Assembly (NCBI RefSeq): GCF_902713615.1
Contig: NC_052153.1
Coordinates: forward strand, 30,581,323-30,645,322
DNA: 64,000 bases
Source: Scyliorhinus canicula
Lineage: Eukaryota
Direction of reading: 5' to 3'
This document shows positions 11,881 through 23,490 of the stretch, one piece after another. The position numbers and the translations under genes are program-made. The notes under the pieces were generated by a model, which ran no database searches, had not been told where the DNA came from, and was given only the letters and a program-made list of their open reading frames with translations. Each line of letters opens with the position of its first letter. Position 1 is the first letter of the stretch.

Positions 11881-12241
11881 CTGAGGTGTGGTGATCCTCA
11901 GGTTAAACCACTACCAGCAGCCTATGGTCATTTGGGCTATGGCGACTTTACCTCCAAACCCACACTCCCCATGTGTTGCAATGGCATTCGGCTATCTATT
12001 TCCAGCTGATCACTTCAAAATCATTCCGGCATGAAGGGAGGTGATTTGAAAGCACTAAATTCTGTTTGATGTGTTCCAGGACCTATCAATCAAAGCTTGA
12101 TTTTTACAAACATTGCGATGAGAGCACTTTAGAGTTATTCAATCATAAAAAGAGAGATGAAGAGAGCAATGCCGACAGCTGTGTGTGTGTGAAAGCTGCC
12201 AATCACAGCCTCATGAAATCAATATCAAAGAGAAATGAATG

Positions 12242-12418
12242 CTGTGGAAGTAGTTGAGTCGGAAACATTAGGGACCTTCAAGCGGCAATTGGATAGGTAC
12301 ATCGATTACGGTAGAATGATGGGGTGTAGATTAATTTGTTCTTAATCTAGGACAAAAGTTCGGCACAACGTTGTGGGCCAAAGGGCCTGTTCTGTGCTGT
12401 ATTTTTCTATGTTCTATG
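12242..12418 (+). mobile_element. CR1 LINE 3' tail (young family)
   Basis: Nearly identical to 15850-16020; ends in ttctatgttctatg. Confidence 0.92.
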
Positions 12419-12590
12419 AATGAATGAATGGCTTGCAGCCCAAAGATCTGACGGGGTTTAAACACAGCTGACTGCTTTTCTCCTTCCAGGAATCGACAGG
12501 CGCTGCTTCCGCTGCCTGAACAAGTGGCCGTCTCGTCCAGACGAGTGTTAAAGCAGGGATTTTTTTTCACTGCTTCTGTCTGGACTGCTC

Positions 12591-13117
12591 TCCAGCTTCC
12601 TGACAAGGGTATCTCTTCTGGGGAGCTTCCTGACACAGGGCCTCTTCTCTGGGAGCTTCCTGACACAGGGCCACTTCTCTGGGAGCTTCCTGACACAGGG
12701 CCTCTTCTCTGGGAGCTTCCTGACACAGGGCCTCTTCTCTGGGAGCTTCCTGACACAGGGCCTCTTCTCTGGGAGCTTCCTGACACAGGGCCTCTTCTCT
12801 GGGAGCTTCCTGACACAGGGCCTCTTCTCTGGGAGCTTCCTGACACAGGGCCTCTTCTCTGGGAGCTTCCTGACACAGGGCCTCTTCTCTGGGAGCTTCC
12901 TGACACAGGGCCTCTTCTCTGGGAGCTTCCTGACACAGGGCCTCTTCTCTGGGAGCTTCCTGACACAGGGCCTCTTCTCTGGGAGCTTCCTGACACAGGG
13001 CCTCTTCTCTGGGAGCTTCCTGACACAGGGCCTCTTCTCTGGGGAGATTTCTGACAGAGGGCCGTTTCTCTGGGAGATTCCTGACAGAGGGCCTCTTCTC
13101 TGGGGAGCTTCCTGACA
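12591..13117. repeat. 30-bp minisatellite GGGAGCTTCCTGACACAGGGCCTCTTCTCT
   Basis: 14 near-perfect units at 12621-13040 (one substitution) plus about 3.5 degenerate flanking units. Confidence 0.97.
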
Positions 13118-13549
13118 GGCGTGACTTTTTTGTGGGGGGGTCTGTGGGTGGTCCCTTTATTTAGGGGGTCTCTGTGGGGGTCCTTTTATTTAGCGGGTCT
13201 CTGGGGGCAGTCTCTGTATTTAGGGGGTCTCTGGAATTGGGGGTGGGGGTGGATCAGATAACCCCCGTACTGGTGGGTGGGGGGGGGGGCAGAAAATTCA
13301 GAGGTGGGGAGCTGAATGGTGCAGCAGAGGTGCTGAATTGTGACGTGACGGGGTGGTCAGCCGTGGAATCCTGCTATCGGGCCGCTTGCTCAAAATGGTG
13401 GCCCGATCGTGGGACACCCTCCCAATCCTCGCCATGGATGAATCTGTATAGCGCAGGATTGGGAATCGCTTCCTCATTCACAGTGGGAGCGCAAAGCAGG
13501 TGAAGTTGATTCTGTGTGGGTTTCCTCCGGGTGCTCCTCCCAAAGTCCA

Positions 13550-14063
13550 AAGAACTGTATAAAATGTTGGTTAGGCCACAGCTGGAGTATTGTGTGCAGC
13601 TCTGGAATACACAGTACAGGAAGAATGTGATAGCACTGGAAAGGGTGCAGAGGAGATTTACCAGGATGTTGCCTGGGCTGAGCCTGTTCGTTATGAAGAG
13701 AGATTGGACAGACTTGAGTTGGTTTCCTTGGAGCAGAGGAGACTGAAGGGGGACAACAACTATGAAGGGCATAGATTGAGCACTCAGGAATAAACCTTTT
13801 GCCTTGGTGGAGGAGTCAATGTCCAGGGCGCATAGATTTAAGGTAAGGGGCAGAAAGTTTCAAGGGGATGTGAGGAAAACATGTTTACCGAGAGGGCGGT
13901 GGAATTTGCTGCTTGAAAGGGTAGTGGAGGCATTTAATTGTTAGATATGCACTTGCGATCCCAGGGCATACAAGGCTATGGGAGAAGTGCTGTAAAATGG
14001 GATTAGAATAGTGAGGTGGTTGTTTTTGACCAGCACAAACAGGTCCTTTTCTGTGCTGTATGA
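13550..14063 (+). mobile_element. CR1 LINE 3' fragment (older)
   Basis: LYKMLVRPQLEYCVQLW...ALERVQRRFTRMLPG, followed by a CR1 tail. Confidence 0.88.
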
Positions 14064-16040
14064 TTGAGAGGTTGAATGTCTTGTTAAGAGGAAGAAGGAT
14101 ACTTATGTAAGGCTGAGGAAACAAGGGTCAGACAGGGCGGTGGAGGGATACAAGAAAGCCAGGAGGGAACTGAAGAAAGGGAATAGGAGAGCTACCAGAA
14201 GGCATAAAAAATCATTGGCGGGTAGAATCAAGGAAAACCCCAAGGCCTTTTACACATATGTGAGAATATGAGAATGACTAGAGCGAGGGTGGGTCCGATC
14301 AAGGACAGTAGCGGGAGATTGTGTATTGAGTCTAAAGAGATAGGACAGGTCTTGAACGAGCACTTTTCTTCAGTATTTACGAATGAGAGGGGCCATATTG
14401 TTGGAGAGGACAGTGTGAAACAGACTGGTAAGCTCGAGGAGATACTTGTTAGGAAGGAAGATGTGTTGGGCATTTTGAAAATCTTGAAGATAGACAAGTC
14501 CCCCGGGCCTATATCCAAGGATTCTGTGGGAAGCAAGAGATGAAATTGCAGAGCCGTTGGCAATGATCTTTTCGTCCTCACTGTCAACAGGGGAGGTATC
14601 AGGGGATTGGAGAGGCGCATGTCGTGCCCTTGTTCAAAAAAGGGAATCGGGATAACCCTGGGAATTACAGGCCAGTTAGTCTTACTTCGGTGGCAGGCAA
14701 AGTAATGGAAAGGGTACTGAGGGATAGGATTTCTGAGCATCTGGAAAGACACTGCTTGATTAGGGATAGTCAGCACGGATTTGTGAGGGGTAGGTCTTGC
14801 CTCACAAGTCCTATTGAATTCTTTGAGGAGGTGACCAAGCACGTGGATGAAGGTAAAGCAGTGGATGTGGTGTACGTGGATTTTAGTAAGGCATTTGATA
14901 AGGTTCCCCATGATAGGCTTATGCAGAAAGTAAGGAGGCATGGGATAGTGGGAAATTTGGCCAGTTTGATAACAAACTGGCTAACCGCTGGACGTCAGAG
15001 AGTGGTGGTGGATGGCAAATATTCAGCCTGGAGCCCAGTTACCAGTGGCGTATTGCAGGATCAGTTCTGGGTCCTCTGGTGTTTGTGATTTTTATTAATG
15101 ACTTGGATGAGGGAGTTGAAGGGTGGGTCAGTAAATTTGCAGATGATACGAAGATTGGTGGAGTTGTGGATAGTGAGGAGGGCTGTTGTCGGCTGCAAAG
15201 AGACATAGATAGGATGCAGAGCTAGGCTGAGAAGTGGCAGATGGAGTTTAACCCTGACAAGTGTGAGGTTGTCCATTTTGGAAGGACAAATATGAATGCG
15301 GAATACAGGGTTAACGGTAGGGTTCTTGGCAATGTGGAGGAGCCGAGAGATCATGGTGTCTCTGTTCATAGATCTTTGAAAGTTGCCACTCAAGTGGATA
15401 GAGCTGTGAAGAAGGCCTATGGTGTGCTAACGTTCATTAGCAGAGTGATTGAATTTAAGAGCCGTGAGGTGATGATGCAGCTGTACAAAACCTTGGTAAG
15501 GCCACATTTGGAGTACTGTGTGCAGTTCTGGTTGCCTCACTTTAGGAAGGATGTGGAAGCTTTGGAAAAAGTGCAAAGGAGATTTACCAGGATGTTGCCT
15601 GGAATGGAGAGTAGGTCTTATGAGGAAAGGTTAAGTGAGTTAGGCCTTTTCTCATTAGAACGGAGAAGGATGAGAGGTGACTTGATAGAGGTTTAGAAGA
15701 TGATCAGGAGAATAGATAGAGTAGACAGTCAGAGAATTTACAAACCATTACAAGGGGACATAAATTTAAGGTGAATAGTGGAAGATATAGGGGGGATGTC
15801 AGAGGTAGGTTCTTTCCCCAGAGAGTAGTGGGGGCATGGAATGCACTGCCTGTGGAAGTAGTTGAGTCGGAAACATTAGGGACCTTCAAGCAGCTATTGG
15901 ATAGGTACATGGATTACGGTAGAATGATGGGGTGTAGATTAATTTGTTCTTAATCTAGGACAAAAGTTCGGCACAACACCGTGGGCCGAAGGGCCTATTC
16001 TGTGCTGTATTTTTCTATGTTCTGTGTTGTATGATTCTAT
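14064..16040 (+). mobile_element. CR1/HER1-type LINE, 5'-truncated, RT pseudogene
   Basis: PLFKKG..PGNYRPVSLTSV..QHGFVRGRSC..VDFSKAFDKVPH..FADD..LVRPHLEYCVQFW; frameshifts present; (ttctatg)-type tail. Confidence 0.96.
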
Positions 16041-16651
16041 GACTTTATGACCCTAAGTTCAGCTGGGTGGGAGAACATATCCCAAACGGAAAATTTTGTC
16101 CAGTGTCTCAAATCTGGCCATTCAAAAACCGGAGTTGTCTGAAATCAAACATGTAATTAAGTAAAATAAAGAAACTTGCCTGGACAATTCGGTAAGTCGC
16201 TAGTTTGGTGCAGCATGGTGCCGGGCTAGTTATTCCCTTAGCCGTTTGTGCGCTGGACTATTCCTGCACTCCAAACGTCCTTGACTCCACCAGACCCGGC
16301 TTGACCCAAACTGCCTGTTCCAAAATCCAGCAAGATCTGAATTCCAACATTCCAAGGTTGCAGTTTTGAGACACAGTACCTGCATTACAACAACGACCAA
16401 GTTTCAAAAGTGCCTCATTTTGAAGCACTTTGGAACATCTTGAAGTTGTGGTCGGCATGTTCAGCACTAATTTGGAAAGAACTTTGTTGAAGATCATCAG
16501 TTATCATACAAAGTATTTTTTGATTGGTTCGTAGTGAATAATTTGTTTTCTGTATCAGCATAAGTAGATTATTTTGCTTTCCTCACAACTGTTACACAAT
16601 TGAATCAATCTTTATATTTCCTACAAGAAAAGATGTTCTTTATCTGTGGTT

Positions 16652-16895
16652 TCCATAGAATCCACACAGTGCAAAAGGAGGCCATTCGGTTCATCGAGTC
16701 TGCAACGATCCTCTGAGAGAACACCCACCCTATCCCCGTAACCCCACCTAAACTGCATATTTTTGGAATGTGGAAGGAAACTGGAGCACGAGGAGGCATC
16801 CCAATGCAGACACGGGGAGAATGTGCAAACTCCACACAGACAATCACTTGAAGCCCGGCTCCCTGGCACTGTGAGGCAACGGTGCAGCACTGTTT
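16652..16895 (-). mobile_element. HE1-like SINE
   Basis: Reverse-complement V-domain (ggggagaatgtgcaaactccacacagaca) and CR1-type tail. Confidence 0.85.
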
Positions 16896-17196
16896 CCATT
16901 TATTTAGATTGTGCGTTTCTGCAAGAAGCTCCAAATTGATATAAAATAGGAAATGCTAAACTCATTTGTATTATTTCCTCATCACTAATACATTTTTGTA
17001 ATATCAATTAATAACCATAAAATGCTGCGCGCGCTTAATGCTTAAATTCAGAATTTTTATTCAGACATATTTGTAACTTGAATACAAAGGGTGGGATTTG
17101 AAGTAATTCACAACCCATCCATTTGCTCAGAATTAAAATCGGACCTAATATCTCCAAATAGTAATAGCTACAATACATTTAAAACTTCCAGAGGTT

Positions 17197-17428
17197 TTTT
17201 TAAAATATAAATTTAGAGTATCCAATTATTATCTTTTTCCAATTAAGGGGCAATTTATCATGGCCAATCAACCTACCCTGCACATCTTTTGGGTTGCGGA
17301 GGTGAGACCCATGCAGACAAGGGGAGAATGTGCAAACTCCACACAGACAGTGATCCAGGACCAGGATCGAACCTAGGACCTCGGCGCTGTGAGGCAGCAG
17401 TGCTAAACACTGCACCATCGTGCCACCC
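17197..17428 (-). mobile_element. HE1-like SINE, poly(A)-tailed type
   Basis: Same tail as 8670-8894 (cccttaattggaaaaa...ctctaaatttat-An); degenerate TSD ttccagag / ttcctgag. Confidence 0.9.
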
Positions 17429-17779
17429 TATTTCCTGAGTTTGTAATCATCTTTTCTTCGGATTTATTTGAGACAAATACAAATTTACAATGGAACAACA
17501 TATTAAATAATGGCAATTCTTGAAGTGTGAAACTTAATTTGCCATGAAGTAATGTGCTGCTTTTGCTGAAATAAAAGCTTTATTTGTAATGAACATTTTC
17601 CTTCTTGCTCCCTTTGGCATTTGTACGCAAGTTCTGTTTCAAACAGAAAATCCTGTTGAGTTCTGTGAATGGCCTGTCTTCACGTTAATCAAAATGTTCT
17701 GAGCATTCCAAACACTCATTCAAACTTGTTATTATAGTCTTCTACTTAGTCCAGTCCTCTGACAGCAAAATATAAAGTT

Positions 17780-17878
17780 GTCTATCTATCTATCTGTCTG
17801 TCTGTCTGTCTATCTATCCATCTATCTCTCTATCTGTCTGTCTGTCTATCTATCTATCGACCTACCTATCTATCTATC
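17780..17878. repeat. (TCTA)n/(TCTG)n compound microsatellite
   Basis: Seen directly in the sequence. Confidence 0.92.
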
Positions 17879-18369
17879 GTTTCATGTTAATGTGATTTCT
17901 AAAATGTTTTCTGCAATTCTTATTTCCATGAGTAGGTTTGTCAGCTGGAGTTCAAGATGATGCCTCATGGCACTTTTTGAAGTAAAGTGCAAGGCTCTGG
18001 GGATTGGAGCATATAGGGGAAGGATCATGAGGGAACAAGAAAAAACCCCAACAGCCAGAATCACGAATAACAGAAAATTGACCTGAAGGCATTTAGGGGA
18101 AATGAGGATTTTGTTCAATAAATAAGCCACATCTGGCCCGAACCTGTTGGTAGTGAAGGGGTTGGGGGTGGTTGGTGGTGGCATGGGAGGGACAAATGCT
18201 TGACATTTATTAGTGCTAAAGACACGGTGGGGGTAGAGAATGAGAGGGAAAAGGGGAAAACAGAGGATAGAGGAAAATAGAGGATAGAGAGATGACAGCT
18301 GAGGGAGAGCAGAAGGAGCAAACTTCCTCGTGTCGGGAAAGCAGTCTAGATTATAAAGTGCTGGCATAT

Positions 18370-19140
18370 GCCTGGCTTACCTGGACTATGACCGTCCCCC
18401 AAGAGCCAGCGCTATTTCTCCTGGTCCAATATCTTGAGAGATAACAGAGGTGCAGTTAAACAGATGCTGGAATAGTTTCAGAGGGACAAAGCTTGCCAGA
18501 TCTGTGGGTCAGAAGAGGGTTTCCACAGGGCTTGGCCCAGAACATGTGGGCGTGGTTGGCCGTGTTTCCCTGGCAACGTTAACATTTGTCCTCCACCTCT
18601 GGGAAGAATCTGTTCATGCGGTTTCTGGTTAGGTGCAGTCTGTGCATCGTCGTTAGCTGTATTAGGCTCAGCCCCGCGCATGTGGAAGTGGAGTATGCCC
18701 TGTGCAGTGCTTCAATCTAGAGTCCCCTCACTACTTCTATGTCTAGTTCTTCCTCCCATTTTCCCCTTGTCTCATCTGGGGGCTGGGGGGTTGTAGGTCT
18801 ACTTACTCCAACAGTTGCCCGTGTAGGTTTCCACAGGTCCCCTTCCCTAGGTTGCCCGCATCCAACAGTTCTTCAACTAGCGAGTGTCCTGGTGCCTGGG
18901 TTATGTCTTTGTTTCTCTATGGAGAAAGTTTTTGACCTGTATATACCTCATTTAGTTTCCTTTGGGTAGTTGGAACCTCTCCGTGAGCTGCTCCAGAGTC
19001 ACTATCTGTCGTCTGTGTACATTTCCCTGACCATCAGTGTCCCCTCATCCTGTCTCCAAATTTTGAAGGTGGCGTCCATTGTTGTGGGCGTGAACCTATG
19101 GTTGTTACAGACGGGGGCCATAGTGGACATTTACATAGTA
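18370..19140 (-). mobile_element. L1-clade LINE, ORF2 3' fragment
   Basis: Minus strand reads HRLHLTRNRMNRFFPEVEDKC*RCQGNTANHAHMFW, the L1 C-terminal CCHC knuckle region. Confidence 0.8.
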
Positions 19141-19244
19141 ACCATCCTCGTCGCTTAAATGCTGTACTCTGATTGAGCAGTATAGTCCTCCATAGTCCTC
19201 ATCCTGTAGCGTGAATGGTACGTCAGTCCCACACAGTTTGGAAA

Positions 19245-19330
19245 CTGAGGAAGGAGCTACGCTCCGAAAGCTAGTGATTCAAAACAAATCTGTTGTACTT
19301 TAACCTGGTGTTGTAAGACTTCTTCCTGTT
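19245..19330 (+). mobile_element. Penelope-type terminal repeat fragment with hammerhead-like core
   Basis: CTGAGGA-A-GGAGC-TAC-GCTCC-GAAA-GCTAGTGATTC, followed by the ...aacctggtgttgtaagactt sequence I recognise from shark Penelope-type ends. Confidence 0.55.
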
Positions 19331-19522
19331 CCTCAGTAAAAGTTGGTGATAAGTTGTGCATTTATAATACTGTTTGTTGATCAGACACTGTTATTTTTTC
19401 AATAAATTCTGGATCTTTGTGTTTGCCTCGGCTAACCGCAGCTATATCTTCTCCAGCATGGATAGTATGTACAATTTTAATTTGTGGACATCTGACTTCC
19501 CTTGGGTTCCCAGCCAAGAATG

Positions 19523-20294
19523 ATTTTTAAAATTAATTTACGGAATGTGGGCGTCGCAGGTTAGGTCAGCATTTATTGCCCATCCCTAGTTGCCCTTCAG
19601 AAGGTGAGCTGCCTTCTCGAACTGCTGCAGTCCTTGAGATGTAGGTACACCCACTGTGCTGTTAGGGAGGGAGTTCCAGCATGTTGCCCCAACGGCGATA
19701 TATTTTCAAGTCAGACTTGATGGGGAATCTCCAGGTGGTGGGGTTCCTCGGTACCTGCTATTCTTGTCCTTCTAGATGGTAGTGGTTGTGGGTTTTGAAG
19801 GTGTTGTCCAAGGAACTAGTCTGTGAGACAGCTCTTCCAACTTTGGAACAGGCCTCCAGATGTTGGTAAGGGGGACTTTGCAGAGTCGACAGGGCTAGGT
19901 CTGCCGTTGTCATTTCCAGTTCCTGGTTCGATGCTGTCCAGTTTCATTCCTTTATTGTGTTTTTGTAGCGGTTGAATATAACTCACTGGCTTGTCAGGGC
20001 ATTTCAGAGGCCATTTAAGAATCAACTACCTTGTTGTGGGTCTGGAGTCACACGTAGGCCTGACCAGTGAAGGATGACGGATTTCCTTTTCTGAAGGACA
20101 TTCGTGAACCAGATGGGTTTTTACGACAATGGACAATGGTTTCGCGGTCATCATTAAACTTTTACTTCCAGATATTTTCTTGAGTTTAAATTTCATCACC
20201 TGCCATGGTGGGATTCGAACCCGGGTCCCCAGATCATTATCCTGGATCTCTGGGTTACTAGTCTAGTAACAATACCAGACGCCACCGCCTCCCC
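19523..20294 (-). mobile_element. tRNA-headed bipartite retroelement (SINE head + LINE endonuclease start + LINE 3' end)
   Basis: 5' ggggaggcggtggcg with B-box gggttcgaatccc (20210-20222); TNIWRPVPKLEELSHRLV at ~19815-19870; 3' tail aagggcaactagggatgggcaataaatgctg...An, homologous to 35580-36020. Confidence 0.7.
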
Positions 20295-20959
20295 AGGCAT
20301 AGTGTTTAATGTAGGTGGCTCTTTTAGTGAAGACCACCAGTTTATGTACTAGTCAGGCACTAAACAGGTCCTGCCTTCTCTCGAGTCAAGGATCTTGGAG
20401 GGGGTATGGGGGATGATGATAGAAATCCTGCCCACCAAGAGCTGCTGGCTTATCAGAGGCCAGCAACTCTATTGAATGGCTGCACCATAAGAGAGGCAGT
20501 GGCTGCTGCCAATACAACACACACTCAAGGACTAGTAGTGTTTCTGGGTCCTGGGCCAGAGGAGAGAAATGGCAGAGTGGAAGGGGGTTGCAGGGCGCAG
20601 ATTGTGAGGGAAGTGGGGGAGAGGGATAGGGGCAGGAGGAAGGGGGTTAGCTCTCCAACCCCCCAACCCCCACTTCCTGATGCCAGGTCCATGGAGCAAG
20701 CACTGAAACTTGGGAGCCCATACGCAACCCATACCACAGACTTCATTGTTGTGCTCCCCAAATAGCGAGTCCCCACCCACCGCTGGGTTAATAACAGCAT
20801 TAGGGATAAGGCCCTTATATAAAAATTAATTGCCGACGTTTGGATCGGAATTGGCAGCAGGTGGGAAGGCCGTCCATGAGCCTTCCCACCAGGAACGTAA
20901 CCTGGGTGGCGGCAGGATGGTGATGGGGTCATACCCGCCACCCTTTGATTAAGGGTTAT

Positions 20960-21078
20960 GGTGTTCGGGCCGGAAAGTGGAGCTGAGTCCACAAAAGATC
21001 AGCCATGATCTCATTGAATGGCGGAGCAGGCTCAAGGGGCCAGATGGCCGACTCCTGCTCCTAGTTCTTATGTTCTTA
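20960..21078 (+). mobile_element. CR1 LINE 3' tail
   Basis: Reverse complement of 59040-59150; ends in gttcttatgttctt. Confidence 0.85.
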
Positions 21079-21430
21079 AATGCCTCCCAGCACTAAACTT
21101 ACCACAGGGAAGGCATTAACTTCCATCCACAGAAACTGCTCACATATATACTCTTCACCATCTTCTGAATTGTCTCTCCAACCATTCTCTCCCTTGGCTG
21201 TACCACCAGGCTCTTCACTTCGATACAGTTTCCTCCTTCATTGTTTTATTATTCCACAGGGATCAGGTCAAAGTACCCGACATTTTTCCGAACCAAGCAA
21301 TATACAAAATATACCTTAACTGCTGCAGTGCATGAAAATAAAATTGAAAATAATAAGCAGAAAATCACAAATTCATAATTCAAAATATATTTTAATTATA
21401 TAGGCCAACATTCTCCATTTGGGAGACGAT

Positions 21431-22236
21431 GGGTATGATTCAGTGGCTTTGTGTTACCTGACATGGTATTGGAATGAGGCTGTTAAGTCTTGCGCGTGAT
21501 TCACGATGATCGAAATGTCTTGCGAGATTCAACGGAATCTCGTGAGGCATCGGAATCTGTATCTCGTTCTTGCTCATCCAGGTGGGCAAATGGCTCATTT
21601 AAATATACGTTCACCGATTCATCGGGGGGCCCGAGATTCACTGGCCCCGCTTGGGAGAACTTGCCAGGGCAACGTTTAGTACTGGTCCACACAAATGTGG
21701 ACCAGTTGTAATGGCACCTGGGGGGGATGGGTCTCCCAGCTCATTGGAAGCCCTCAAGTGTTTAGGACCTGGGCAGGGTGGCACCCTGGTGCTCCCTCAG
21801 TGGATGCACTGCCAGGCTGGCTGGGGCATTGCCAGGGTTCCAGGCTGTCAGTGCCAAGATGTCAGGTTGCCCATGCCAGAGGTCAGGTCTGGGGCCTTTC
21901 CCATGAGAGGTGGGGTGAGCGCTGAGTTCAATGACCCTGGAAGAGGTAAGTTGGATGGAATGAGGGGTTCCGGAGGCTGCGGTGGGGGTACTGAACAGGG
22001 TCAGAAGATCAGGGTGCCTTTAAAATGGCGGCCCGATCCGCGGGTTGTCTTCCTGCACTGGTTAGCCGAGCGCGCCAGTGCAGGAAATGACTTAAAGTGT
22101 GGTCTCGATTGGGTTCATCGTCGAGGTTAAAAATACGGCAAAGTACCATTGAATGGTAGGGTCTTTCTCGGCACCTGACACCCCACTAAATACATTCGTT
22201 CAGTGGACTTTAACTCAAGTCCGCTGAATCACACCC
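21431..22236. mobile_element. Harbinger-type non-autonomous element (MITE)
   Basis: TIRs gggtatgattcagtgg / ccgctgaatcacaccc (14/16); 3-bp flanks gat / tgt. Confidence 0.7.
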
Positions 22237-22829
22237 TGTGTTCTCCTGCTGGAGCTGAATCGCACCTGATTTGCATTTACACAAGGAGTGCAGATCTGGA
22301 AGTGATTCACAATCCTAGCCATGCACATTTTGGCTGGAAGGAATTGCAAGGGATTCACTCACGAATTTCGCTAATGGCCTGGCTTTTTGGCAGGCGGCCT
22401 GATTGCTTGGTACTCCAATGAGAGAGAACCCCTCCAGAGACCCCCATGTAAGAGGTCGGAATTAGAGACCCCCCCATTACATGGAACCCCACCGAAAACT
22501 CCCCAATTAAAGAGACCCCTGCCTCAAATCCCGAGGAAGAGTGACCACTGCCTAAAAGCTAGAGAGCAATCCAGACAGAGGCAGTGAAAAAGATCGCTAC
22601 TTGAAAAAGTCACCTGTGCAATACACCTGCTGTCTCAGGTAGAGGAAGCACAACCTGTAAATTCCTGGAAAACCAGTGTGTTGGTTTTAAGCCCATTCAG
22701 ATCTTTGATCTGCAAGCATTTCATTCATATCTCTTTGAAATTGCTTTAACTAGGCTGTGATTGACAGATTGCTGGCTGTGTGTGGTTTAGTTTATCTCCT
22801 TTCACCATTGAATGGCTTTCAGTGTCCAG

Positions 22830-23481
22830 GGGCGGAATTCTCCGACCCCCCGCAGGGTCGGAGAATCACCCGGGGCCGGCGAAAATCCCACTCCCGCCGT
22901 GGCCGGAATTCTCCACCACCCAGGAATCGGCGGGAGCGAGAATCGGCCGCGCCCATCGGCGTGCCCCCCACAGCGATTCTCCGGCCCGCGATGGGTCGAA
23001 GTCCCGCCGCTGACAGGCCTCTCCCGCCAACGTGGTTTCAACCACCTCTGGTGGTGGCAGGATTGGCGGCACGAGCGGGCCCCCGAGATCCTGGGGGGGG
23101 GGCGATCGGACCCTGGGGGCACCGATCAGCGGGCGGGCCAGTGCTGTGGGGGCACTCTTTTTCTTCCGCCGCCGCCTTGGCCTCCACCATGGCGGAGGTG
23201 GAAGAGACCCCCCCACCGCGCATGCGCCGATGGTGACGTCAGCGGCCGCTGTCGCACCGGCGCATGCGTGAACCGGTGAAGGCCTTTCGGCCAGCCCGGG
23301 CGGCGGGTGTCAAAAGCGCCGGTTCTGGTGCCAGTCGGCATGACGCCAACCACTCCGGCGCAGGCCTAGCCCCTAAAGGTGCGGAGAATTCTGCACCTTT
23401 GGGGAAGCCCGACACCAAATGGTTGGCGCCACTCCGCTACGCCGGGAACCCCGCCCCGCCGGGTAGGGGAGAATCCTGGCC
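22830..23481 (-). mobile_element. Harbinger MITE (CpG-rich, about 650 bp)
   Basis: TIRs gggcggaattctcc / ggagaatcctggcc; internal ggagaat/attctcc subterminal repeats; inverted homologue of 45390-46032. Confidence 0.88.
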
Positions 23482-23490
23482 ACTACAGTC

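Larger units (their letters stand above)
12020..13511 (+). mobile_element. Non-autonomous Harbinger-type interspersed repeat, copy A
   Basis: Colinear by eye with the reverse complement of 22237-22829 plus 25480-25540 (e.g. aatcacagcct, caaagatctga, ttccaggaat, aggattgggaatcgcttcc). Confidence 0.6.

Noticed and set aside
12331-13054. Long repetitive ORFs (SGSSQRRGPV)n and (WELPDTGPLL)n, or a CRISPR-like array
   Set aside because: Head-to-tail 30-bp units with no unique spacers, in eukaryotic DNA; the ORFs arise from a stop-free unit.
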